DNA of 63,437 bases, counting the filler, from Sanchytrium tribonematis (taxonomy: Eukaryota), in NCBI GenBank assembly GCA_018985235.1. It is 13 parts of 13 records of this genome, joined end to end, with 100 filler letters (N's around TTAATTAATTAA, not from the genome) between each part and the next. Parts side by side here need not be neighbours in the genome. Positions count along the whole stretch, not along the records: positions 20,862 to 24,223 come from JADGIG010000874.1; positions 24,324 to 27,672 come from JADGIG010000875.1; positions 27,773 to 31,119 come from JADGIG010000876.1; positions 31,220 to 34,564 come from JADGIG010000877.1; 9 more parts are not named here. One strand, written 5' to 3'. The position numbers and the translations under genes were made by a program. Positions within the stretch are counted from its first letter, which is position 1, and each line of letters opens with the position of its first letter. This document shows positions 22,370-31,832 of the stretch, piece by piece. A model generated the notes under the pieces. It was given only the letters and a program-made list of their open reading frames with translations, had not been told where the DNA came from and did not search any database.

Positions 22370-23089
22370 ATCTACTTTCACTTGTTCATTATCAATAGGC
22401 GTTTTAGCCGCCACATTGAGCATTATCAACATTTCATCGTACAGAGGATCTAATTCCTTTACTTTTAATTCATTGCAGATACTAATGCAAAATTGAATAA
22501 CATTTGTTGATGCGTCGAAATAATCTATAAAAAATCCCAAAATGCTGACCTGTTTTGCTCGTATGGAAGCCTCGAAAAACATATTGTCATGTGGAGATAT
22601 AACAAGTCGTTTTAAAAGCAACTTCACCAAATCCAAATTACCATATTTAATAGCATCAATAATATGTCCCGGAAATGCAGGACTTCCTCTTTCAAACATT
22701 ACTTTGAGCCATTCAATAGCGTTAGATTTTTTTAAACACCATTTCGGTACCTGCATTTTATAGTGAAGTTTAATTTGGTCCTTTTGTGTTCCTCGTCCAA
22801 AACCTTGATGCGAACACAAGCACTCAAGTGGGATGTTCATTTCATTATGATATTCTACTTTATCTTGAAAGCATTTATCAAATCTTTTTAATAGATTAAT
22901 CGTGATGCCATCGTAATGCATGGCATCGTATAAAGACGTGGTCGGACAGTGATTATTCTTGTTCATATAGAAATCGTACAATTGATCTTTTGGAATATCA
23001 TCCAATGACAAATTATACAACTTTAAATAAGCTATTGATCCAGAGTACACAGCAATTAAAACTTTGATTTCTCTTGGTATTTTGTTCAT
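22364..23089 (-). CDS. Hypothetical protein with F-box-like start and degenerate ankyrin-like repeats
   Basis: MNKIPREIKVLI; AIKYGNLDLVKLLL. Stop overlaps the Prp3 stop region by 6 nt. Confidence 0.5.
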   Translation of the reverse strand: MNKIPREIKVLIAVYSGSIAYLKLYNLSLDDIPKDQLYDFYMNKNNHCPTTSLYDAMHYDGITINLLKRFDKCFQDKVEYHNEMNIPLECLCSHQGFGRGTQKDQIKLHYKMQVPKWCLKKSNAIEWLKVMFERGSPAFPGHIIDAIKYGNLDLVKLLLKRLVISPHDNMFFEASIRAKQVSILGFFIDYFDASTNVIQFCISICNELKVKELDPLYDEMLIMLNVAAKTPIDNEQVKVDL

Positions 23090-23124
23090 CTTCAATATGT
23101 TTCAAAAGATACAAAAGCCCCTTT

Positions 23125-24111
23125 ATGTACGGCAAGGTATTGATTTCTGGCGGATATCTAGTATTAGACCCACGCTACTCTGGTATTGTTCTGCAAACCG
23201 ATTTAAAAATATCTTGCAAAGTAGAGCCTTCTCTTAAGGACTCTTTAGTATCTCGAGTGGACACAAATATTTCTAGTAATAAGTATGTCCAGTCTTGTTT
23301 ATCGATTGTCAATCATTATATCGGGAAAATGGGTAGAAAACCAAGCCATTTTAAAATCATGGTCGATGCTGATTCCCAATTTTATGAAAATGGTAAAATT
23401 GGACTTGGAAGTTCTTCTGCCTTATGCACTAGCTTAGTCCTCGAGCTTTTAAAGGTTTACACAATTGAATATGACAATAATTTATTATTTAAATTGGCAG
23501 CAATAGCGCACTTTGAAGCTCAAGGTAAAATTGGAAGCGCATTTGATATCGCAGCTGCAGTGTATGGGAGTTGTCGATACCGAATGCCTACTATGACCAG
23601 CGAGAATTCCCAAGATATTTCAAACTTGCTTGAAATATCATGGGATCCCAAAATTGAACTACTAAGCTGGCCAAAAGACTGGAAATTGTTGATATTAAAA
23701 TTTTCAAGCGGAGAATCAAGCATAATAAGCTCGACTAAATATTTGAAATGGTACAAGAGTCTAGATTATAATCGCCAATGCTTGAGCGAACTAGATGCCA
23801 TAGAAAACCTTACTCAGCAGCTTCAGACTGCAATTCAAGGAGAGATGGCCCAGCTATTAAAAATAACATTTAAGGAGCTTATAGAGAAATACAAATGGCT
23901 CGGGCAACAATGCGGAATCGATATCATTCCAGAAGAATGTCAAAAACTCTTTATAAATGTTTTGCAGCAAGATGATTGTATTGGGGGCATGTGTCCGGGA
24001 GCAGGAGGCAGAGATGCAGTCTTTTTAGTTTGTAAAGGGAATTGTGAAAATGTAATTTCTATAGCTAAAAATCAAGGTTTTACACTTGTGAATGTATCAG
24101 TTAAAAAGTGA
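23125..24111 (+). CDS. ERG8: Phosphomevalonate kinase (GHMP kinase)
   Basis: GKVLISGGYLVL, KIGLGSSSA, AHFEAQGKIGSAFDIAAAVYG, PGAGGRDA. Confidence 0.92.
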   Translation: MYGKVLISGGYLVLDPRYSGIVLQTDLKISCKVEPSLKDSLVSRVDTNISSNKYVQSCLSIVNHYIGKMGRKPSHFKIMVDADSQFYENGKIGLGSSSALCTSLVLELLKVYTIEYDNNLLFKLAAIAHFEAQGKIGSAFDIAAAVYGSCRYRMPTMTSENSQDISNLLEISWDPKIELLSWPKDWKLLILKFSSGESSIISSTKYLKWYKSLDYNRQCLSELDAIENLTQQLQTAIQGEMAQLLKITFKELIEKYKWLGQQCGIDIIPEECQKLFINVLQQDDCIGGMCPGAGGRDAVFLVCKGNCENVISIAKNQGFTLVNVSVKK

Positions 24112-24118
24112 AAGTACA

Positions 24119-24223
24119 TCATTTCTTTTGTTTGAAAAAATCAAGCATGGTTTTTTGTTTTTTTGGAGATTCTTTTTTTTCTATCAATTCTGGAAAGTCA
24201 TTCTTAATACTACCAACTCTTTT
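24119..24223 (-). CDS. C-terminal fragment with a PCNA-interacting (PIP) box, possibly SRAP/HMCES
   Basis: Reads KRVGSIKNDFPELIEKKESPKKQKTMLDFFKQKK*; QKTMLDFF is a canonical PIP box; V...KND.PELIE resembles the SRAP domain end. Confidence 0.5.
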   Translation of the reverse strand, partial: KRVGSIKNDFPELIEKKESPKKQKTMLDFFKQKK

Positions 24224-24323
24224 NNNNNNNNNNNNNNNNNNNNNNNNNNNNNNNNNNNNNNNNNNNNTTAATTAATTAANNNNNNNNNNNNNNNNNNNNN
24301 NNNNNNNNNNNNNNNNNNNNNNN
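24224..24323. other. Artificial contig spacer
   Basis: N-TTAATTAATTAA-N. Confidence 0.99.
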
Positions 24324-24600
24324 AGTTCCCACATCCATCCAAATTGCAGTTTCATCTGCAAATACAATCTGATCACTTGAATAAATAGATAATTTGCTTT
24401 TAACTTGTAGAATATGCTTTGCTACTGATTCAATCAAGTATTGATCATCTTTTTTAACTAATTGTGTTGCTGCTCTAGGTACGAGATTATTTCTTTTTAA
24501 CACTCCCCCCCGGGGGGAGTTGAGCTGCCAAAGACTTTATTCGCACTATTGCTGCTATTTCAACTACAATTGGTGATTTCTTTCATTCAACTTTTTATTT
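24324..24600 (-). mobile_element. Degenerate pogo/Tc1-mariner transposase remnant
   Basis: LKRNNLVPRAATQ (end of CENP-B HTH region) and QIVFADETAIWMD (first Asp of DDE); the upstream frame is broken. Confidence 0.65.
24502..24520. repeat. GC-rich palindrome ACTCCCCCC-C-GGGGGGAGT
   Basis: Perfect 9-bp inverted repeat with a 1-nt centre in AT-rich context. Confidence 0.9.
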
Positions 24601-24910
24601 TGGAAATGAAACCACAAATAAGGTTAAAACTGTATCCGTAGAGCCGCATTATTGGAAGGCAAACTCACTTCAAGTGGAATGGACCTATTTCAAAGTATTT
24701 AAACTGTTCGTCAATTCAATTGTAATCATATATGTGTGTATCAAAACACCTTTTAAAAACTTGATGAGAGTAAAAGTCAATGGCTCAAAAATGACTTGGA
24801 ATAGTTAATTAACACTCTAATAAATTCACTTGCTTAGAATCCAATCAGATGCGCAGCACATGGCTCAAGAATTCTAAAACTTTCTAGGCCTAAAATAAAA
24901 TTATTTCAAA

Positions 24911-27287
24911 ATGTTCCCCGACTTGAAATCCATTTTATTCATTTATTTAACAATGATCACGCGTCTATATAGTATATCTGCAGATTGCCCAGCAGTCATG
25001 AGCTTCTTACAGGGTTTAAATCTACATATAACTGATCCAGTTTTATATCAAAGTATCCCTGCAGATTGCTGCACGACACACATCAACAATGCACTAGGAT
25101 TCTTAAGCATCTCATGTATCAGTACAAGTCCATTTCATGTCAATTCAATTTACCTTGAAAATGTCAAAATTAATGGAACCATTAAAAGTCAATTTATAGT
25201 TCCCTCTCTCGGATATCTATTGATAAAGTACACGACTCTGAATACAACAATACCTAGTGATTTACCAAATACCCTAATAGGTCTCTATTTAGATTATAGT
25301 AACATTTATGGATCTATTCCGGATACGCTTCCATCTCAATTACAATTATTTTCTGCTGTTTATAATCAATTAACTGGACTACCATCTTCATTCCCAGTAC
25401 TCATTCAAGGTATTTATTTATCAGGTAATAAATTAACTCGACTACCAGCCGTTTTTCCACCAGATACCACCAGTGTTTCTATGGATAATAATCAAATTTA
25501 TGACCAATTATCCCCTTCTATGCCTGGAAAAATGAAACATTTTCACGTATTTAACAATTATATTTACGGAACTATTCCCAGCACCTTGCCAGATACAATT
25601 ACAGAATTATGGATTCAAATGAATAATATTCAAGGAGCTATTCCTGCCACACTTCCAAGCCAACTATCAGATTTTAGAGCATCTCATAATAGACTGGATA
25701 CTTTCTATTCGGTGTCCCAAATAATGCCAACTATGGATTTCAGTTACAACTTATTTACTAAAATGATGCCAATGCCATTAAATTTTGCCACATTAGATGT
25801 TTCACACAATTTAATCTATCAAAATTTAACCCAAATTGACATTAAAAATTATGTTTATTTATATATAAATGACAATATGATTTACGGAACAATTCCTAAT
25901 TTTCCAAATAATCAAAATCATTACCGCTTTGGAAATAATCAATTACAGGGATCACTTCCCGATCTACCAGATCAAATGCGTGAACTGGATGTATCTGGTA
26001 ATAATCTAACAGGTCCAATTCCGATTTTGCCTTCTTATTTAAACGTTTTGAATTTGAACAATAATTCATTCACTGGCAATTTGCCAAAGATTCCTGCTGC
26101 TCTCGATAGTTTTAAAGCTAGTCATAATTTACTAAGTGGTAATTTCTCTAATTTAAATACCAGCATCAGATTGAGTGAATTGGATTTATCTTGGAATAAA
26201 TTTAATGGAAGTTTGGTGGGAATCAAATTTCAATTATATACCTTGGTGGATTTGTCTCATAATCAATTATCTGGTGATATTGATTTAGGATCTTCTACAA
26301 TTAATGATTTAAGATTGAGTTTCAACCAATTTGATTATTTTCCAAAATCATTGCCACAAGCACTAAAAACACTTAATTTGGACAATAATAAGATGCAAGG
26401 CAACATTACATATGATTTACCATCAACCTTGAAAACAGTCGACTTATCAAACAATAATTTGACTGGAAATGTTCCAAAATGGCCAACTCTTGCAAATCGC
26501 ATTTATTATAATATTTCCAACAATTCATTCACTGGTAGCATCCCCCAATCACTACAATATATGGTGACATTGGATATATCTCATAATTACTTGAGTGGGT
26601 GCTTTAATTATCAATTTAATGGCTCCAATTTCTATTTTAATGATAATTATTTGGGTGGGAAAATGAGCTTTTTGGCTCCAAAACAAGTATTTCTTCAAAA
26701 TAATAATATTTTGGATATTGATGTTACTGATTCAACAGCTATGAATCAAAATTGTAGTTTGGCAAATAATCCAATGGCACCTGGAGTGTTTGGTAAAACT
26801 TTCAAAAATCAATGTAATTTGAATGGGATATTTGCAGCTAATGTAAGCTTCTGCAAAATTTCATTAATTGATGAAATCAGAGATGCTATGGGATCACGTT
26901 TATCAAATAATACGATTGTGGCTCCATTTGATTCTAATGCTACAAGTTCCAATCCGAGTCAAACAGAAGCAAATGAAGTGATTATTCGTACTTTTCTATC
27001 ATGTAGGTCGTCTACGCTCTTTCGGAACCATGACAAATGCCCTAACATCCTTCAACAGCCCATATAATAGCAATAATGTTGTTAACAGCGGCGCTACTTC
27101 AACTGAAACTGTATCTCTTAAGCCGTATCACTGGAAATTGCAGCCTCTTCAAGTAGAATGGTCGTATGTAAAATTTGTCAAATTATGCCTCAATGCAATC
27201 ATCATGACAGTAGTATGCATCAAAACACCATTTAGATATCTTTTTAGAAAGCACGTCACTAGTTCCAAAATGACATGGATCAGTTAA
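24911..27287 (+). CDS. Extracellular leucine-rich repeat receptor-like protein; 2 exons (intron 26988-27006), about 785 aa
   Basis: Cys cap (ADCP..DCC..C), many LxxLDLSxNxLxGxIP plant-type LRRs; exon 2 adds a hydrophobic helix and basic tail. Alternative start 24953. Confidence 0.85.
26988..27006 (+). other. 19-nt spliceosomal intron GTACTTTTCTATCATGTAG
   Basis: Joins the LRR ORF in frame to ORF 27030-27287 (VIIR/RLRSFGTMTN); matches the consensus. Confidence 0.8.
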
Positions 27288-27431
27288 TAAATCAAGTATT
27301 TTTGGCGTCATTTCCCCGTGTTGTTGAATGGATTCCATTTGCCTCTCTCTCAAAATAGATCCAATGGCACTCGATGTGACATCAACACGTGAAATTACAA
27401 TCACTATTTAAGCAATAATATTCTATTTTAA

Positions 27432-27672
27432 ATGATGTTGTTGATTTCTCAGATATTTTCATGGGGTTCTTCGGGCCATTTTGCAATCGGCAATTTGACC
27501 CAAGCACTGTTAAATGCCAATACTAGCACATATATCAATGAACTGCTGCAGAATGACCCATCCCATGGCTCTTTAGGATCCGCTAGTAAATGGCCAGACA
27601 CCATCAAACATCAGAAACAATATAGATGGACATCTATCCTCCATTATCAACAGATACTCCATAGACACGCGT
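27432..27672 (+). CDS. S1/P1 nuclease, secreted, 3' truncated
   Basis: WGSSGH (mature N-terminal Trp), ASKWPDTIK, WTSILHY. Confidence 0.88.
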
Positions 27673-27772
27673 NNNNNNNNNNNNNNNNNNNNNNNNNNNN
27701 NNNNNNNNNNNNNNNNTTAATTAATTAANNNNNNNNNNNNNNNNNNNNNNNNNNNNNNNNNNNNNNNNNNNN
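27673..27772. other. Artificial contig spacer
   Basis: N-TTAATTAATTAA-N. Confidence 0.99.
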
Positions 27773-28101
27773 TCAAAGAGACGCTGGCATTTCAAAAGTA
27801 TGGGCAATGATAATGAGTCCTTAATTTTATTCCAAACCTCGACCAAATTCTCAACACACCAATTTTGATAAGCGCTTGATTTTCTTCTGCTTACCTGGAT
27901 AAGATCATTAAGGACATACAGCAACAGAAGCTGCTGCTCTACAGTGCTTTCTAAGATGTAATCTTTCCATATCTCCATTATTTGATCCGAATACCTGCTA
28001 TGAAAATTTAGATAATTACTTATTGCCGAAATCGAATCTTGAGATGCATTGAGTCTTCCAAAATGATATCTTATCTTTTCTGGACTTAGATAGTCGGTCA
28101 T
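27773..28101 (-). CDS. CTD-interacting domain protein (Rtt103/RPRD1-like), 3' truncated
   Basis: LNASQDSISAIS..L.FH, LLLLYVLNDLIQVSRRK. Confidence 0.85.
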
Positions 28102-28152
28102 GAATTTATTTTCAAAACTGTGGAGAAAATAGAAATAGGATCAAACTCGTAA

Positions 28153-30312
28153 ATGTTTAAAAATTTCGGATTGTCCGACGAACTCCTGAAAGGCGTTGTG
28201 AAGTCAAACTATAAACAACCAACTCCCATACAAAGAAAAGCAATTCCGGTCTTGATGAATCGAACAAATGTTATTGTACAAAGTAGGACTGGAAGTGGAA
28301 AATCTGCTGCGTTTCTAATTCCTTTAATTAACCATTTAAAATCGCACTCAAATGCGTTTGGATGCCGAGCTTTGGTGCTTTCACCCACAAGAGAATTAGC
28401 ATTGCAACTTTATTCTCATTACAAATTACTTGCAACCTATACAAATTTGAGGTCTATACTTTTGGTTGGTGGTGATAATTTAGATGATCAGTTTTCAGCC
28501 TTTTCTTCGAATCCGGACGTGATTTTTGCTACTCCTGGTAGACTCTTACACGTACTTGTGGAAATGGATAGAAAATTGCCTGTTGAGTTTTTAATTTATG
28601 ATGAAGTTGATCGATTGTTTGAGCAAGGTTTTGCTGTCCAGCTGCATGAAATTCTGGAACGTTTACCATCAGGTTCAAAACGAATTACCGGATTCTTTAG
28701 TGCAACGTTACCACCTAATGTTTTGGAATTTACTCAATCGGTCTGTACCGACCCAGTTTTGATCAAATTGGATGCAGATCAAAAGCTTTCTGAAAATTTG
28801 TCTTTGGAATTTTTTTATTGCATTCCAGAGTATAAAAATGCGGCTTTACTTTATATTATTCAAAATTTAATTGGAGTTCCCAAAGGTCAACAGGAATTAG
28901 AAAAAGTGTCACAATTTGCTGGAGAAAAGCAAACAATCGTATTTTGCGCCACTAAACATCATGTGGAGTACTTAACTGCCTTACTGGAATCGCAGGGATT
29001 TGCAGTTGCCTATCTATACGGTACTTTGGACCAAGGTGTTCGTAATATGCAAGTTAGTAGATTCAGAGCTGCTCAGTGTCCCATTTTAATAACTACCGAT
29101 ATTGCTGCAAGAGGTATTGACATTCCTATTTTAAAATTTGTCATAAACTACGAACTCACTCTTCCGAAAATTTTTGTACATAGAGTTGGAAGAGTTGCTC
29201 GTGCTGGGCGTGACGGTACAGCATATTCCCTATGTTGTAGGGACGATCTGCCGTATTTCTTTGATATCAACTCTACAATTGGTAATGACATAGTTTACGG
29301 TGAAAATGCAAAAATCCACTTAAATGATATGAGAATTGGTTGCTTTCCAAAGTTTTGTTTAGATCCTGTGATAGAAACCTTACAAAGACTATTAGATCCT
29401 AACTTGTCAATATTGAAGTCTTCCGCTGATAATAGTCAAAAGAAATATTTTAAGTCTATTACAAAAGCCACCTCGGACGGATATTCGTTTGCAAAAGAAA
29501 TACTGAATAGTGGCAACTTGGACAAAGTACAGAAACTATTAACAAATGAAAAGGGCTATTCCCGACCTCAACAGGAAATGCTTACAAATATTTATCAATA
29601 CAGACCGAGAGAAACTATATTTGAAGTGGGTTTTCGAAAATCCAAATCTCAATCCGATGAGGTAATAAAAAAGGCTAAAAACTCAATTCAAATGAGGAAG
29701 CACGTGAAACTTTCAAAATTGAAAATGGCCACTTTCAAACCTGCCCAAAAGCCTGTCCAATCATTTGAATCACATATTAACGACTACAAGGACACTTCGT
29801 TTTACTTAGAGTTTAAAGATCCATCTCAAAATGATAGCACTTCGTTTCCTGTAATTAGAAATTCCAATGACATCGAAGATGTGTCTTTGGCCCTACCCGA
29901 TGACGTCAAGATGAAGTCAGGTATCAACAAAAAACTCGGAAAAATGTCCTGGGACACCAAGCAAAGGAAGTTTGTAAAATTGGCTCTTGGCAAAGATAAT
30001 AGAAAGCTTATAAAAACAGAAAGCGGAACTGTTCTTCCTGCATCTTACAAATCTGATAGATATGACAAGTGGAAAAAGAAAACAAATATATCAATACCAC
30101 GAGACCGTGATGGCGAGCTGTCAGAGAGTAACACGCTAGCTGACGGGAACAAGTTTCTCGGTAAAAATGCAAAATTTAAGCGTATTCATGGAAAAACAAA
30201 TTCTGGTAGTCATAAAAACAAAGCAGGTATTAAGCATTCCTCTACAATCGCAAAAGATAGAAATGTTAAAGAAAAATTGCGAAGAAGAAATGGAAGACAC
30301 AAGAAAAAATAA
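28153..30312 (+). CDS. DBP10: DEAD-box RNA helicase DBP10/DDX54
   Basis: PTPIQRKAIP, RTGSGKS, DEVDRLFE, SAT, TKHHVEY, HRVGRVARAG, and DBP10 C-terminal WDTKQRKFV / IKTESG..LPASY. Confidence 0.93.
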   Translation: MFKNFGLSDELLKGVVKSNYKQPTPIQRKAIPVLMNRTNVIVQSRTGSGKSAAFLIPLINHLKSHSNAFGCRALVLSPTRELALQLYSHYKLLATYTNLRSILLVGGDNLDDQFSAFSSNPDVIFATPGRLLHVLVEMDRKLPVEFLIYDEVDRLFEQGFAVQLHEILERLPSGSKRITGFFSATLPPNVLEFTQSVCTDPVLIKLDADQKLSENLSLEFFYCIPEYKNAALLYIIQNLIGVPKGQQELEKVSQFAGEKQTIVFCATKHHVEYLTALLESQGFAVAYLYGTLDQGVRNMQVSRFRAAQCPILITTDIAARGIDIPILKFVINYELTLPKIFVHRVGRVARAGRDGTAYSLCCRDDLPYFFDINSTIGNDIVYGENAKIHLNDMRIGCFPKFCLDPVIETLQRLLDPNLSILKSSADNSQKKYFKSITKATSDGYSFAKEILNSGNLDKVQKLLTNEKGYSRPQQEMLTNIYQYRPRETIFEVGFRKSKSQSDEVIKKAKNSIQMRKHVKLSKLKMATFKPAQKPVQSFESHINDYKDTSFYLEFKDPSQNDSTSFPVIRNSNDIEDVSLALPDDVKMKSGINKKLGKMSWDTKQRKFVKLALGKDNRKLIKTESGTVLPASYKSDRYDKWKKKTNISIPRDRDGELSESNTLADGNKFLGKNAKFKRIHGKTNSGSHKNKAGIKHSSTIAKDRNVKEKLRRRNGRHKKK

Positions 30313-30341
30313 ATTACTCCCCTTTAATCGTTATTAAATTT

Positions 30342-31119
30342 ATGCAACTTTCTAGAGAGATTCAAATAAAACAGCTTAGAAGAAAATTTCAAGATTTAAT
30401 TGAGTTTGACTTAGACCAAGAAAATTGCACGCTTCTAAATTTTGTAATTCAATGCTCAGATCCTGATTATCCAGAAGAATCTCTTCAAATCGCATTCAAG
30501 GTACCATTTGATTTCCCTGAGAATGGAAATCAATTTGAAATGAGGGTTGTTGACAACAATCTTGGCATGGTGGCAAAATCTACTTTGGAAGAAGATTTTA
30601 AACAATCATCTACGAATTTGACACTTTTAAGATCCACTCAATGGATTGATAGACAGATGCCGAAACTATTTAAAAAAAAGATTAAGTTCATTGTTCCCAT
30701 TAAAAAAGATAACGCCCAAGAGCCTGTGAAAAAATTGATTGATTTGGAAGAAAAATTCGTAAAACTTGATAAAAATATGAATCTAGATTCATCAAGCGAT
30801 ACAGAGTCCCAGCTTGATTATGAAGTGGATTCTATCGATTTGACTCCTGAAAACGAACATAAAGGTCTAATGCTCTCGTTTCCAGATTTAGAACTAAAAA
30901 ATGTATCCCTATTAGATGTTACAAATTTATCCATCGTAGGAAAATGCACGAAGTGTAAGTCGTCTATAAAGTTTGATAATATTTTGCCAAAATTTGCTAT
31001 GATACCAGCAACCCCATCTGCAAATAAGAAAAGCCAAGGATGCGTGATATGCGGTCAAATAGCACAGGTAGTATTCCGACCATCCTTCTCAATCCGTGGA
31101 CAAGGCAAAATTGGATATT
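30342..31119 (+). CDS. Conserved fungal protein with RWD-like N-terminus and CxxC zinc motifs (CHY-finger family-like), 3' truncated
   Basis: SDPDYP..L...VP.DFP; CTKC, CVIC. Confidence 0.5.
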
Positions 31120-31219
31120 NNNNNNNNNNNNNNNNNNNNNNNNNNNNNNNNNNNNNNNNNNNNTTAATTAATTAANNNNNNNNNNNNNNNNNNNNNNNNN
31201 NNNNNNNNNNNNNNNNNNN
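31120..31219. other. Artificial contig spacer
   Basis: N-TTAATTAATTAA-N. Confidence 0.99.
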
Positions 31220-31605
31220 TAAATGGATTTTTTGGCAAGGAGGGGATATCCGATTTTAAAGACACATACAATGAGAAGCAATTACAAGAACAAAGAAAAG
31301 CATTAGAGACTAAAAACAAAAGTCTTGGGGAGAAAAAGAAAAAAGCATTGAAAACAATGCGTACTGAAAGATGGGAAAATATAAAAAAAGCGGTAAAAGA
31401 CTTTAAAAACTCATTTAAATTACCCACATATGACCCAGTAAGACATGATTTTGATCCATATACTGACGAAATACGAGATGGTGGGTATAAACCCTCTTGG
31501 ACTGGAAGAGCCAGTAAAGCTTTTTCAGGATTCGTTGATTATTTCAAAAGACCCAAGGCTGAATCACTTACGCACCTTGATCCAACAAACCGGGCAATGG
31601 TATAA
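31220..31605 (+). CDS. Hypothetical Lys-rich protein, 3' fragment
   Basis: Purine-rich open frame ending in TAAATA. Confidence 0.45.
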
Positions 31606-31612
31606 ATACAAT

Positions 31613-31789
31613 TCATTTATCTTTTTTACTATAATTTTCATTTTTAGGTTTCTTAAAGGGTGTATGCTTTCTTGTTTTTATCTTTTTACAACAATAAACA
31701 TTATTGGCATATACCCGTGACTGTTTCGTACTTGTAAATGCATCAAATCCCATTAATTTGATCAAATCTGCATTTGAAATCTGTTTCAT
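31613..31789 (-). CDS. Minimal U4/U6.U5 27K (SNRNP27/DUF1777)-like protein, 58 aa; absent from the ORF track
   Basis: MKQISNADLIKLMGFDAFTSTKQSRVYANNVYCCKKIKTRKHTPFKKPKNENYSKKDK; matches the 27K motif M.KLMGF..F.STK.K.V..N......K.RK. Confidence 0.68.
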   Translation of the reverse strand: MKQISNADLIKLMGFDAFTSTKQSRVYANNVYCCKKIKTRKHTPFKKPKNENYSKKDK

Positions 31790-31832
31790 GGAGTATTTGC
31801 AATAAAATGTAAATCATTTATTGTGAATCATG

